A stretch of DNA of 64,000 nt from a virus (Duplodnaviria; Caudoviricetes): the IMG/VR virus record IMGVR_UViG_3300036790_000196, positions 975 through 64,974 of that record. The stretch is one strand, 5' to 3'. Below are positions 1 to 8,631 of this stretch, one piece after another. The notes beneath the pieces were generated by a model that was not told where the DNA came from, made no database searches, and saw only the letters and a program-made list of their open reading frames with translations. Made by a program: the position numbers and the translations under genes. The stretch's first letter is position 1; each line of letters starts with the position of its first letter.

Positions 1-24
1 GAAACGAAACAACATCCTGACAAA

Positions 25-192
25 ATGAATCCTGAACAACTCCGGGCATACGCCCTACTTGAAAGCATTGTGAGCAGCGTCGCTGACATCCAGAAGTATG
101 TGCGCACGCCCAACGCGGACATTGATCCGCAATTGCTGGCCCTCTTGGTCAGCATGGACAACCAACTCGCCGCCGTCGCCGAGACGACCTAA
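25..192 (+). CDS. Hypothetical protein (55 aa, MNPEQLRAYALLES...)
   Basis: ATG 25 to TAA 192, below ORF-track cutoff, co-oriented with early operon. Confidence 0.55.
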   Translation: MNPEQLRAYALLESIVSSVADIQKYVRTPNADIDPQLLALLVSMDNQLAAVAETT

Positions 193-275
193 CCCCTTCC
201 TTCGTCGGAACGCGCTTCGGAACGCTGGCAAGCGGGCGCGGGAGACGAACCAAACCAACGATAGATTCCGACTAA

Positions 276-572
276 ATGAAAACAGAATATCAGACGCCCG
301 GGCAGGCTCTTTTGGGCCGCCTTCGCCACCATGTTACCGGAGCGATTGAACGCGGGGAGGGTGTCGCCATTATCGGCGTTCCCGTCCGCACCCCAATCGG
401 CATGTCCGAGTTCTTCGCCTTGGAGCGCGTGAAGGATTTGCAGCGTATGCAGTCGCGCAACCCTTACGGCTCAAAGAATCACCGGTGGGCCAGTGAGCAG
501 ATGCGTGCCCTCGCGGATCAATACTGTGACGACAAGGGCGAAAGCTGCGTGTCGCATTTTGGAGATTACTAA
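276..572 (+). CDS. Hypothetical phage protein
   Basis: 98-aa ORF with A-rich start context, in operon. Confidence 0.7.
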   Translation: MKTEYQTPGQALLGRLRHHVTGAIERGEGVAIIGVPVRTPIGMSEFFALERVKDLQRMQSRNPYGSKNHRWASEQMRALADQYCDDKGESCVSHFGDY

Positions 573-573
573 C

Positions 574-939
574 ATGCACCCTTCAAACCAAACGCCCGCC
601 CCGAACGCGAACACGCCGGGGCCATGGATTATGAACGGGACCTTCACTCAAAGCGATAAGCACGAAGGAATAGGAGTTGGCACTCGTGAATTGAACGTCG
701 CTGAAGTGTTGGGCGGGACATTTATTCCCGTATCCGAGCGAGACGCCAACGCCCGCCTTATAGCCGCCGCGCCTGAGTTGCTGGAGTCGCTCAAGGCGAT
801 TCGCACAATGATGGAGTCCATGAATCGCACGCCTGAGCTTAACGCGCTGATCCGCACAACCTGCTTTGATAACGACTTTGCAACGCGATTTCAGAAGGCC
901 CGCGCCGCCATCGCCAAGGCCACGGGAGGCACGCCATGA
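574..939 (+). CDS. Conserved phage early protein (TPGPW...ANARLIAAAPELL family)
   Basis: Motifs TPGPW and DANARLIAAAPELLESL...ARAAIAKATG typical of a widespread phage family. Confidence 0.85.
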   Translation: MHPSNQTPAPNANTPGPWIMNGTFTQSDKHEGIGVGTRELNVAEVLGGTFIPVSERDANARLIAAAPELLESLKAIRTMMESMNRTPELNALIRTTCFDNDFATRFQKARAAIAKATGGTP

Positions 940-1112
940 GCGCCGCACACGCCCGCATCGCCGCCAGGAACCGCGCCGAGCGCGAATCGCTCACCGCCCT
1001 GGCCCTTCGCCTGCCTCCCCGCCAGCTTGCGACCTCGGACAGCCTGCTCGCCCAGATGGAGCGCGCGACGGCGCGTTGGAGGTGGATGCAAAGGAAGGGG
1101 AACACACCGTGA
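936..1112 (+). CDS. Hypothetical protein (58 aa, MSAAHARIAARN...)
   Basis: ATGA overlap upstream and GTGA overlap downstream. Confidence 0.6.
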   Translation: MSAAHARIAARNRAERESLTALALRLPPRQLATSDSLLAQMERATARWRWMQRKGNTP

Positions 1113-1444
1113 AATCCCCCTGCAAATACATCCAAGGCCGTCGCTTCGGCTCGTTCGGAGAGTACCTGCGCCACATCACGGTCGGCGGCTACGTCTGGAC
1201 GTACCACAAGGCGATCCACGGGCACGTGGCGCTCAACATGCCGCTCAAGGGCGCGCTCCTCGGCGTGGCATCGGGGGCCATCCGCTACGCCGATGTGAGC
1301 GTGGAGTGGCAGCTATGGCGGCGGGACTGTCCGGAGGCCGACGAGACCGAGGCCCGCACCTTCGAGCGCCAGCGCAACCGCGAGAACATGCGCGAAATTC
1401 GCAGGCTTCTGGACGTCACGCTTCCCGACTCACTGACGGGATGA
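1109..1444 (+). CDS. Hypothetical protein
   Basis: GTG start overlapping the previous stop; 3' part of ORF 866..1444. Confidence 0.6.
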   Translation: MKSPCKYIQGRRFGSFGEYLRHITVGGYVWTYHKAIHGHVALNMPLKGALLGVASGAIRYADVSVEWQLWRRDCPEADETEARTFERQRNRENMREIRRLLDVTLPDSLTG

Positions 1445-1457
1445 AGGCACATTCTTT

Positions 1458-1808
1458 ATGGACATATCAAAACTAACGAAAGGCGAGGCGCGAGAAATCG
1501 CGGCTCTGTTCGGAAAGACAACGGCGTGCGGCTCGCAGTCCTCCCACCCATTCGAGGTTGGTGAGAACTACTTTATCCGCACGGTTACCCACCATTTCAC
1601 GGGCAAGCTGGTGGCGGTTCACCCGACGGAGCTTGTGCTCAAGAAGGCCGCCTGGATTCCCGACGATGGCCGCTTCGCCGACGCCGTCGCCACCGGATCA
1701 TTCAAGGAGGTCGAGCCGTTTCCGGCTGACGCCGAGGTGATCGTCAACCGCGCATCACTCGTGGACGCGCTCAAGATCGGCTTCAAACTGCCGGTATCCC
1801 AGAAGTGA
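1458..1808 (+). CDS. DUF6948-like protein, predicted Sm/LSm/Hfq-like beta fold
   Basis: YFIRTVTHHFTGKLVAVHPTELVLKKA resembles the Sm1 motif and EVIVNRASLVDA the Sm2 motif; coupled to a downstream low-complexity repeat ORF. Confidence 0.7.
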   Translation: MDISKLTKGEAREIAALFGKTTACGSQSSHPFEVGENYFIRTVTHHFTGKLVAVHPTELVLKKAAWIPDDGRFADAVATGSFKEVEPFPADAEVIVNRASLVDALKIGFKLPVSQK

Positions 1809-2050
1809 ACGCCATGGGAACGAATGCAACAGTTCTGGCAACTGGCTGGCTTTGGAGCAAGAGCTGGAGCGGGAGCGGGAGCAGGAGCAAGAGCAAGAGC
1901 TGGAGCAGGAGCGGGAGCGGGAGCACGAGCAAGAGCTGGAGCGGGAGCGGGAGCAGGAGCAAGAGCTGGAGCGGGAGCTGGAGCTGGAGCGGGAGCGGGA
2001 GCGGGAGCTGGAGCGGGAGCAGGAGCAGGAGCGGGAGGGGGAGCGGGTAA
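1805..2050 (+). CDS. Ser-X dipeptide repeat protein (SWSGSGSRSKS...)
   Basis: GTG start overlaps TGA of the upstream gene; frame reads AGC-NNG. Confidence 0.6.
   Translation: MNAMGTNATVLATGWLWSKSWSGSGSRSKSKSWSRSGSGSTSKSWSGSGSRSKSWSGSWSWSGSGSGSWSGSRSRSGRGSG
1855..2046 (+). repeat. Tandem array of 32 hexamers GAGC-NN
   Basis: 31 of 32 units begin GAGC (one GAGG); last two bases vary among AA, TG, GG, AG, AC. Confidence 0.97.
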
Positions 2051-2136
2051 TCCCATGAAAAACCGCCTCATTGACCTGGCAATCTGCTGCCTCTGCGGCG
2101 CCCTTATCGGCGCGGCGATGGCGTGGGGGTTCTGAC

Positions 2137-2382
2137 ATGAGCAGGCCCGACACGGAATCCCTCATGGCGCGTCTGGGCGACGCCGTGGAAGCGCAGCTTC
2201 CCGCCGGGGCCTTCGCGGTCGTCTGCGTGGCGACGCCCGCCAAAGGCGGCTACGAGGCCATGACCGTCGCCGTCCGCTGCCGCGACCGGGTGGCGATGGC
2301 ATCCTTCATTGAGCACGCTGCGGCGATGCTGATGGCGGCGGACCCCGAGACGAAGATCCACACGGATGAGGACCGCCCATGA
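2137..2382 (+). CDS. Hypothetical protein
   Basis: ATG 2137 (MSRPDTES...), ATGA overlap with next gene. Confidence 0.65.
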   Translation: MSRPDTESLMARLGDAVEAQLPAGAFAVVCVATPAKGGYEAMTVAVRCRDRVAMASFIEHAAAMLMAADPETKIHTDEDRP

Positions 2383-2591
2383 GCCCCATGGCTGCCGCCT
2401 TCCTCGGCTACAAGTTCTCCCACGGGACGCTCCTCATCCGCGTGTGCAGCGCCTGCCCCGGCCGCGCCGAGGTCGAGGCGTTCGCGGCGAGGGAGCCGGC
2501 CGTCCCCGTGACGCACGGGCTGTGCCCGGCGTGCTGCCAGAAGGCGATGGCGGAGCTCCTGGGGGAGCCCGCGGAATCCGATTGCCACTAG
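2379..2591 (+). CDS. Small CxxC...HGLCxxC zinc-binding protein
   Basis: RVCSAC...THGLCPAC motif. Confidence 0.7.
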   Translation: MSPMAAAFLGYKFSHGTLLIRVCSACPGRAEVEAFAAREPAVPVTHGLCPACCQKAMAELLGEPAESDCH

Positions 2592-2618
2592 CCAAAAGCT
2601 GGCCAAATACTGCCCCAC

Positions 2619-2783
2619 ATGAGCAAATACCGTATCGCCCTTACCAGGGAAAACCAAAAGGCGCTGGCCATTTCCGCGAACGTGAACGGGCGCAGCCTGG
2701 TGAAGCAGCTTAACCACATCCTCGGCGACCACTTCAAGGCGTCCGGGATCGCGCAGCCGGCAGCGGCGGCCAGGAAGCCGTGA
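2619..2783 (+). CDS. Arc/ribbon-helix-helix-like small regulator (54 aa)
   Basis: MSKYRIALTRENQKALAISANVNGRSLVKQLNHIL resembles the Arc pattern A..NGRS...I..IL. Confidence 0.6.
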   Translation: MSKYRIALTRENQKALAISANVNGRSLVKQLNHILGDHFKASGIAQPAAAARKP

Positions 2784-2910
2784 CCCGCGCCCACCGCCGC
2801 TTCCTCATCGCCGCCCGCCTCGTCCTAGCGGAGGCCGAGAGCCTGCGGGAGATGCTGGCGGGGCTGCAAGTTTCTCGCACAATCAATCACGGCACTAAAA
2901 AGACCCGTCG

Positions 2911-3435
2911 ATGATTCTCAAAAACTACACCTCCGGCGTTGCCAGCGGCATCACCATCAACCGCATCCAGAACTTTCTAATCAAGGCTGGCGTGGCCCAA
3001 CTGTCCATGGACTACGGCCTAAGCGGTGAGATTGTCGCCCTGACATTCCATATCCAGATTGAGGCGAACAAGCGCCCTGTGGCCGTTCGCCTTCCAGCAA
3101 ACGTGGAGGGAGCGCACGAAGCCCTTTGGCTGGATTACGTGGGACTGGACAAGGTTCGTGACCTTCAGAACGGCGACAAGGAAACCGCCTATCCCTCCAA
3201 GAAAAGGTTGAGGCGCTCCCAGTTCAGAGACCAGGCCGAGAGAGCCGCTTGGAAGCTGACGCAGGACTGGGTTGAGGTTCAGCTTTCGATGATCGCCCTG
3301 AAACAGGCCGACTTCATGCAGGTATTCCTGCCCTACGCATGGGACGGGAAACAGAGCTATTACCAGCGCATAAAGGCTGGCGGATTTATGGCACTAGAAG
3401 CACCTAAAGAGCGAATGGAGGCGATTGAAGCATGA
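2911..3435 (+). CDS. Conserved phage hypothetical protein
   Basis: KNYTS...IQ.FL.KAG...RLPAN...QAERAAWK...DW.E.Q...FLPY pattern. Confidence 0.85.
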   Translation: MILKNYTSGVASGITINRIQNFLIKAGVAQLSMDYGLSGEIVALTFHIQIEANKRPVAVRLPANVEGAHEALWLDYVGLDKVRDLQNGDKETAYPSKKRLRRSQFRDQAERAAWKLTQDWVEVQLSMIALKQADFMQVFLPYAWDGKQSYYQRIKAGGFMALEAPKERMEAIEA

Positions 3436-4490
3436 CCACCCCCACCCCCCCGCCAGCGGCGACGGACGCCGATAGGGCGTATGTCGTCATTAAGCGTGGC
3501 CTTTTCTGGAGGCCCGAGGATCGGGGTTACACCAGCGACATTGACGACGCGGGCAGATATACCCGCGAGGAGGCCCTTGAGCGCGTGCACGGCGGCGAGG
3601 AGCCCGTCACGATGGAACTTGCCAGCAAATACGAGGACACGCCGGATGCCGGTACGTGGATGTTCACGGAACGCAAAGGCAATGAGTGCTACGGCAAGAA
3701 CGCGATAGAGTGCCTGATCCATGAGGCCCCACAAAGTAATACTGTTGCCATAGTGGCCCTTGGCGGTCCGCACGGCACCAGCGCAGCCCCCGAGGCAGTG
3801 AGGGCGCAGGCGCAGACGATATGCGACGCACTAAACAGGGCCGCCCACACCCGCGAAGCGGTGTCGCAGGCGGTGGGGGCGTTGGAGGCGAGGATCATAG
3901 GCCAAGAAGAACAGCTCAAGGCCCTAGTCAAAACCGACTGCGGATTCGGCGGCTACGTCGATGCGCTTATGAGCGACAAGCTAAAGGCCGACTCCGACCG
4001 CGAATCGCTTAGGGCGCTGGTCGTGAGGCTCAAGGAGGCAATCAAGGATGCTTCGTTGATGGCAAGGAGCCTCCGTGTTCAGGCGCAGCAACAGGGTCGG
4101 CGGGCGCATATCGAAGCTCATTACGAGATAAAGGAGACGGTATTTAAAGAAGCCCTCTCCCTCGTCCCCGCCGACCTCTCGGATTGCGTCGTCGTCAAGC
4201 GGAGCGAGTGGGAGAAGACCATCACGGCCCATGCCAACCTTGGGCACGCCGACGAGAAGATAGCCGAGTTGCAGAAGAACTACGCCGCGCTGGAGTCGGA
4301 GAACTGGCGGCTCCGCGCTATTTGGGCCGTCACGCTCTGCGGCAAGACTCTCTATCACGATGACGGCGAGTTGCAGGACTCTTCGATGTGCCCGTTCATA
4401 GACTTTAAACGGGATTCGATAGACGATATTCGGAGTAAATTGTTGGAGCGTCGCAAAGCCCTCTCGCCCGAAGGAAGGGACGCCGGATGA
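3432..4490 (+). CDS. Mosaic coiled-coil phage hypothetical protein
   Basis: 352-aa ORF, ATGA overlaps at both ends; FWRP...GYT....AGRYT domain. Confidence 0.8.
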   Translation: MTTPTPPPAATDADRAYVVIKRGLFWRPEDRGYTSDIDDAGRYTREEALERVHGGEEPVTMELASKYEDTPDAGTWMFTERKGNECYGKNAIECLIHEAPQSNTVAIVALGGPHGTSAAPEAVRAQAQTICDALNRAAHTREAVSQAVGALEARIIGQEEQLKALVKTDCGFGGYVDALMSDKLKADSDRESLRALVVRLKEAIKDASLMARSLRVQAQQQGRRAHIEAHYEIKETVFKEALSLVPADLSDCVVVKRSEWEKTITAHANLGHADEKIAELQKNYAALESENWRLRAIWAVTLCGKTLYHDDGELQDSSMCPFIDFKRDSIDDIRSKLLERRKALSPEGRDAG

Positions 4491-5200
4491 GCCTACAGCC
4501 GGAACACGAACACCACTTAGTCTCCAAGGATTTTGTGGCCTCAACAGTCTTGGAGAACTTGGCGTCTATCCGCACCCGAATGATCGACAAGCAGGAATTT
4601 GAGTGCGCCTATGCAGCGAAGGCTGGAATTGACCTGATAACGGCACTAAGAGCCGACCTCGCAGCGGCGCGGGCAGATGCAGAGTGGGCGAAGGCGGACG
4701 CTATTGATGCCGATTCGAGCCGAGCAGCGTTCGAGGCGAGAAACCTAGATCTGACAGCCAAACTCGGCGAAGCACTCGAAGAAACAGAGCTGGCAAGGAA
4801 AGTGTCGGACGAAACCTCTGCTGACTGTATAAAGAATTACAATGCCGCCGTAGCCCTCTTGAAAGAGAACGCGGCACTCAGGGCTCACGTATATGCAGAT
4901 TGTGAAGCCCAGCTCGCCGCCCTTTCGAGCGAGACGCGGGCCGCAAAGGAAATCTGGCTCAAATCGCACCCCGACGCGATGGACGGCGAGTTCATCCACT
5001 GGCTGGAGGACTTGGTGCGCGAGTCCGAGGCGCGCAAGTCGGACATTAAACGCCTCTTGGATATCATCGAGTCCGTGAATTGCCATGATGGATACTTGGA
5101 TGGCTGTCTGGAAGATGAGCAATGGGAGGTGATCGAATCCCTGGAGAAGAAATTCGACGACGCCGCACGCTCCGCCGGGACTGGAGGGAGCAAGGCATGA
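4487..5200 (+). CDS. Coiled-coil hypothetical protein
   Basis: 237-aa ORF with ATGA overlaps. Confidence 0.75.
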   Translation: MSLQPEHEHHLVSKDFVASTVLENLASIRTRMIDKQEFECAYAAKAGIDLITALRADLAAARADAEWAKADAIDADSSRAAFEARNLDLTAKLGEALEETELARKVSDETSADCIKNYNAAVALLKENAALRAHVYADCEAQLAALSSETRAAKEIWLKSHPDAMDGEFIHWLEDLVRESEARKSDIKRLLDIIESVNCHDGYLDGCLEDEQWEVIESLEKKFDDAARSAGTGGSKA

Positions 5201-5514
5201 GCGGCTACATAGGCGGTCGGGAAGGTGTTAAGGCTCGCAAGCCACACCGCTGCGAGTTGTGCGGGGAGCCCATCAAGGTAGGCGACCTCTACGACAAGCG
5301 CACGGGTGTTCAGGAGGGCGAGGGATTTTGGACGATGCACATGCACCCAGAGTGCCATAAATATGAGCAGAGGCCAGGGCACCCGCGCACTGTCGATTTC
5401 GACTGGTATGAGGATATCTCAGAGCCCGCCTTTGAGCGATCCGAGGCCATTGCGTACGCGGAAACCCTCCGCGCCGCCATCGACGCCGCCAAAAACGCGG
5501 GGAAGGGCGCATGA
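5197..5514 (+). CDS. Zinc-binding phage protein (KARKPHRCxxC...HxxC)
   Basis: ARKPHRCELCGEPI..GD.Y...HPEC motif. Confidence 0.8.
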   Translation: MSGYIGGREGVKARKPHRCELCGEPIKVGDLYDKRTGVQEGEGFWTMHMHPECHKYEQRPGHPRTVDFDWYEDISEPAFERSEAIAYAETLRAAIDAAKNAGKGA

Positions 5515-6161
5515 ACGTCCTGGTTGCATGTGAGTTTTCCGGTGCTGTGCGGCGAGCATTTCGCGCAAAGGGACACAACGCCTGGAGCTGCGACCTGTTG
5601 CCCAGCGAGGATGATACGCCGTACCACATACACGATGATGCCATAAAGGTGGTCAAAGACGGCATGCAGGACCGGCCTTGGGACTTGGTAATCGCCCATC
5701 CCCCATGCACATTTCTGGCAAATAGCGGGGTGCGTTGGCTATACAACAAGGATGGCTCTCGAAACAACGAGAGGTGGGATAACATGAGAGAGGGCTGCAA
5801 ATTCTTTGCCGACCTGTGGAACGCTTGCGGCTCACGGCGATGCTTTGAGAATCCGGTAATGCACGGCCACGCGCAGACTCTGATATGCGATATGGCCCCT
5901 AGCTGCCCGATGGGAGGGCGTGCCTACCGCATACAGCCATGGGAGCACGGACACCCCGAGAAGAAGGCTACCACGCTTTACACCCTTCGACTTCCACGGT
6001 TGAAGCCCAGCAACGTCGTCTTTGCCCAGATGCAGGAGCTAAGCAAGGGCGACCAGAACCGCGTCCACTACGCCAGCCCAGGGCCAGACCGCTGGAAAGA
6101 ACGCAGCCGCACGCTTCCTGGAATAGCCGCAGCAATGGCTGAACAGTGGGGGAATCTATGA
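5511..6161 (+). CDS. Short phage DNA (cytosine-5) methyltransferase-like protein
   Basis: VLVACEFSG SAM-binding start, SCDLLP, catalytic HPPC, ENP, C-terminal RSRTLPGIAAAMAEQWG. Confidence 0.85.
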   Translation: MNVLVACEFSGAVRRAFRAKGHNAWSCDLLPSEDDTPYHIHDDAIKVVKDGMQDRPWDLVIAHPPCTFLANSGVRWLYNKDGSRNNERWDNMREGCKFFADLWNACGSRRCFENPVMHGHAQTLICDMAPSCPMGGRAYRIQPWEHGHPEKKATTLYTLRLPRLKPSNVVFAQMQELSKGDQNRVHYASPGPDRWKERSRTLPGIAAAMAEQWGNL

Positions 6162-6472
6162 CCACAATAAAACTGAGCGACAAGGATTTGAAGGGTATAA
6201 CGGCGATGATCCGAACCGGTCACCCGATTACAGCCATTAAAGAAGTTCGGCGCATGGCCGGTTGCGACCTCAAGGAGGCGAAAGATTATGTCGAACTTCT
6301 CATGCATCCGGGTGCTCTCACGCCGGAACCATCCTGTCATTTGGCGGCGCAACCAGAGATAACAATTACCGGAAATCCTTCACCTAAAGCGGCCAAGGCC
6401 ATCGTTGCTATGGTAAAGAGGCTTATTAAAAACGGAACGATCAAAAGCGCAGGATACGTATGGAAGCCATGA
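6158..6472 (+). CDS. Protein with ribosomal L7/L12 C-terminal-like domain
   Basis: ITAIKEVRRMAGCDLKEAKDYVE matches the bL12 core I..IK.VR...G.GLKEAKDLVE. Confidence 0.7.
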   Translation: MTTIKLSDKDLKGITAMIRTGHPITAIKEVRRMAGCDLKEAKDYVELLMHPGALTPEPSCHLAAQPEITITGNPSPKAAKAIVAMVKRLIKNGTIKSAGYVWKP

Positions 6473-6840
6473 CCACCGACGCCCAACTCGAAGTGCTGTG
6501 TGCGCAGCATGTGGCGGGGTGCGTCCCTTGCGACAACTGGAAGCCGCTCATGGCTGACAGCATGATCCGTATCGACGCATCGTGTGGTCATTCCAACTGC
6601 TGCCCTCGCTCGTTGTGGCCGCCTCGCTACCTCTCCGACCCCGCCGCCGTTTTGGCGCTGCTGGAGAAGGAAGCCGGTAAGATAGAAATTCACAGAACGG
6701 AAGACGCGATCCAAAGGCCATATTGGCAGGTTCATATTTGGACTCCGAAAAGGAGTTTTATTAGCGAAGAACAATCCTTCGCCAAAGCAGTATGCCTCGC
6801 GGTACTCCGCGCACACGGCGTGCAGCCGATTGAATTATGA
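6469..6840 (+). CDS. Phage ABA-sandwich-like protein, paralog 1
   Basis: PRYLSDPAA...LLEK...FAKAVCLAVLRA pattern; paralog at 8628. Confidence 0.7.
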   Translation: MTTDAQLEVLCAQHVAGCVPCDNWKPLMADSMIRIDASCGHSNCCPRSLWPPRYLSDPAAVLALLEKEAGKIEIHRTEDAIQRPYWQVHIWTPKRSFISEEQSFAKAVCLAVLRAHGVQPIEL

Positions 6841-7055
6841 GCAACGACAAACAATACATCCGCGACATGTGCGACGTTCTAAAGTCGAAGCTGCCCGACA
6901 ATCACGGCTTCATTTTGCTGACGTTCCCCTTTGGTGGCGAACCAGGGCGACTAACTTACGCCGCGACTGGCGAGCGCAAGGACTGCATCAACGCTATGAA
7001 AGAGTTTCTGATCCGAAACGATTCCGCCGAGGATTGGATGAAGCACATCAAATGA
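6837..7055 (+). CDS. Hypothetical protein
   Basis: 72 aa, LPDNHGFILLTFPFG...Y.....R.D.I..MKEF; coupled at both ends. Confidence 0.75.
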   Translation: MSNDKQYIRDMCDVLKSKLPDNHGFILLTFPFGGEPGRLTYAATGERKDCINAMKEFLIRNDSAEDWMKHIK

Positions 7056-7378
7056 GCAGCTTCTCAGCACCCAATGACCTATCACTACGGACCCGAATCG
7101 CTCACCGCCTTGTCCCAGCCAAGTACGTCTCCGTGCCTGAGCCTGATGATAAGGTGAAGGGCCACGGCGACGTGATCGTGACGCACATCATGCACGAGTT
7201 CTCGTTCATCGACCGCTTGAGGCTGCTCGTCACTGGCTGCATGGCCATGGAGGTGAAGACCGCTACCGAGAACTGCGTGGGGGCGACAAAGACCAACGCC
7301 GAGGGCTACGTGATCGGGCCGAAGTGGATGCTCGCCGCCCGCGCCACCCCGCCCGCAGGCGACGGAGGGAAGGGATGA
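7052..7378 (+). CDS. Hypothetical protein
   Basis: ATG 7052; SFIDRLRLLVTG motif. Confidence 0.7.
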   Translation: MSSFSAPNDLSLRTRIAHRLVPAKYVSVPEPDDKVKGHGDVIVTHIMHEFSFIDRLRLLVTGCMAMEVKTATENCVGATKTNAEGYVIGPKWMLAARATPPAGDGGKG

Positions 7379-7713
7379 ACATCCTTTATTTCGGCTGCAT
7401 GCACGAGGCGGGTCATTACTTGTGTGACAAGACCGACTATCTCCGCCGGTACGAATCGACTCCGTGGGGAACGGGCCTCGATGATTGCCCACAAGGACAC
7501 AACGGCGTCGCCCGCGTGTTGCGGAAGGACGGCTGGACCTCTGTCGGATTTACCGACAACAGCGTAGATACAAGGCCAGGCTCTCACAGCGTCTTTCTAG
7601 TCGATAAGGACATCCCGGCCGCAGAACTATTGGAGGCCGCGAAGATCGTGTGGCCCGAGGTGTTCGCGCGGTTCAGGTTCAAGATAGTACTGCCCGAGGA
7701 GCCGAAGCCATGA
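7375..7713 (+). CDS. Conserved phage hypothetical protein
   Basis: LYFGC...AGHYL...DGWT..GF.D.SVD.RPGSHS pattern. Confidence 0.8.
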   Translation: MNILYFGCMHEAGHYLCDKTDYLRRYESTPWGTGLDDCPQGHNGVARVLRKDGWTSVGFTDNSVDTRPGSHSVFLVDKDIPAAELLEAAKIVWPEVFARFRFKIVLPEEPKP

Positions 7714-7964
7714 AGCCTCCCCGACGCGCAGGAGTAAGGACCGTACGCAGGATGTGGGCTTGGATTGTGCGAGACGGTTCAAAGCCTGAACTGGTTCCGT
7801 GGGGAGAAGGCGGCTACTGGCAGATGCCCATTTTCCATACTAGGAAAGATGCCCGTGCGTGGAGAGTGGAGCACCCAGACTGGAGCGAAACTACCCGTCT
7901 CGTTAGGGCCAAAGTCTCCCTGTTCGGCAAACTCCCGCTCGGCAGGCGCAAGGGGGGCGGATGA
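7710..7964 (+). CDS. Hypothetical protein
   Basis: ATGA overlap, MKPPRRAG... Confidence 0.6.
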   Translation: MKPPRRAGVRTVRRMWAWIVRDGSKPELVPWGEGGYWQMPIFHTRKDARAWRVEHPDWSETTRLVRAKVSLFGKLPLGRRKGGG

Positions 7965-8004
7965 TAGCCATGACCGCCCCGCGCCAGCCCAGCCCTCCAC
8001 GCGA

Positions 8005-8631
8005 ATGAGCGAGAAGCCGATTTTGTTCAGCGGTCCGATGATCCGCGCCCTGCTCGACGGGAGCAAGACGCAGACCAGGCGGATCATTCGATTCGATGAT
8101 CCAATGCCCACAGGAACGCCCACCTTAATGGACAATGAAGATCTGATTTATTGGGCTTGGGGGCCAGATCACTATATTTGCCCTTACGGCGTGCCCGGCG
8201 ACCGGCTCTGGGTGCGCGAGACATTTCGCGACGAGAATCCCGAAGGATCAAAAAACCCCTCACTTGTTGAGTTTGCCGCAGAGTGTAGGTCTGATTGCAT
8301 GGGTTGGCGCCCGTCGATCTTCATGCCCCGCTGGGCATGCCGCCTGCACCTCGAAATCACGGAGGTCCGTGTTGAGCGGTTGCAGGACATCAGCGAGTCA
8401 GGCGCGATGGCCGAGGGTGTTGAGAAAACCCCCGATGCCGAGAATCTAGCCGTAGATCCGTTCCGAAATAAGCCCTCATGGCGCGGCTACCTTAACGGTG
8501 GGCGTGCCTACAGGGACAGCGCCCGCGATTCGTATGCCTCACTCTGGGACAGCCTGAACGCAAAGCGCGGCTTCGGGTGGGATACGAATCCCTGGGTGTG
8601 GGTAATGTCGTTTAGGAGGGTAGAGCCATGA
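8005..8631 (+). CDS. ASCH/PUA-like domain phage protein
   Basis: PILFSGPMIRALLDGSKTQTRR, CPYG.PGDRLWVRETF, WRPSIFMPRWA, W..NPWVWV. Confidence 0.9.
   Translation: MSEKPILFSGPMIRALLDGSKTQTRRIIRFDDPMPTGTPTLMDNEDLIYWAWGPDHYICPYGVPGDRLWVRETFRDENPEGSKNPSLVEFAAECRSDCMGWRPSIFMPRWACRLHLEITEVRVERLQDISESGAMAEGVEKTPDAENLAVDPFRNKPSWRGYLNGGRAYRDSARDSYASLWDSLNAKRGFGWDTNPWVWVMSFRRVEP

Noticed and set aside
1855-2046. CRISPR array
   Set aside because: Period is 6 nt with no unique spacers and no cas operon; the Cas4-like gene belongs to the recombination module
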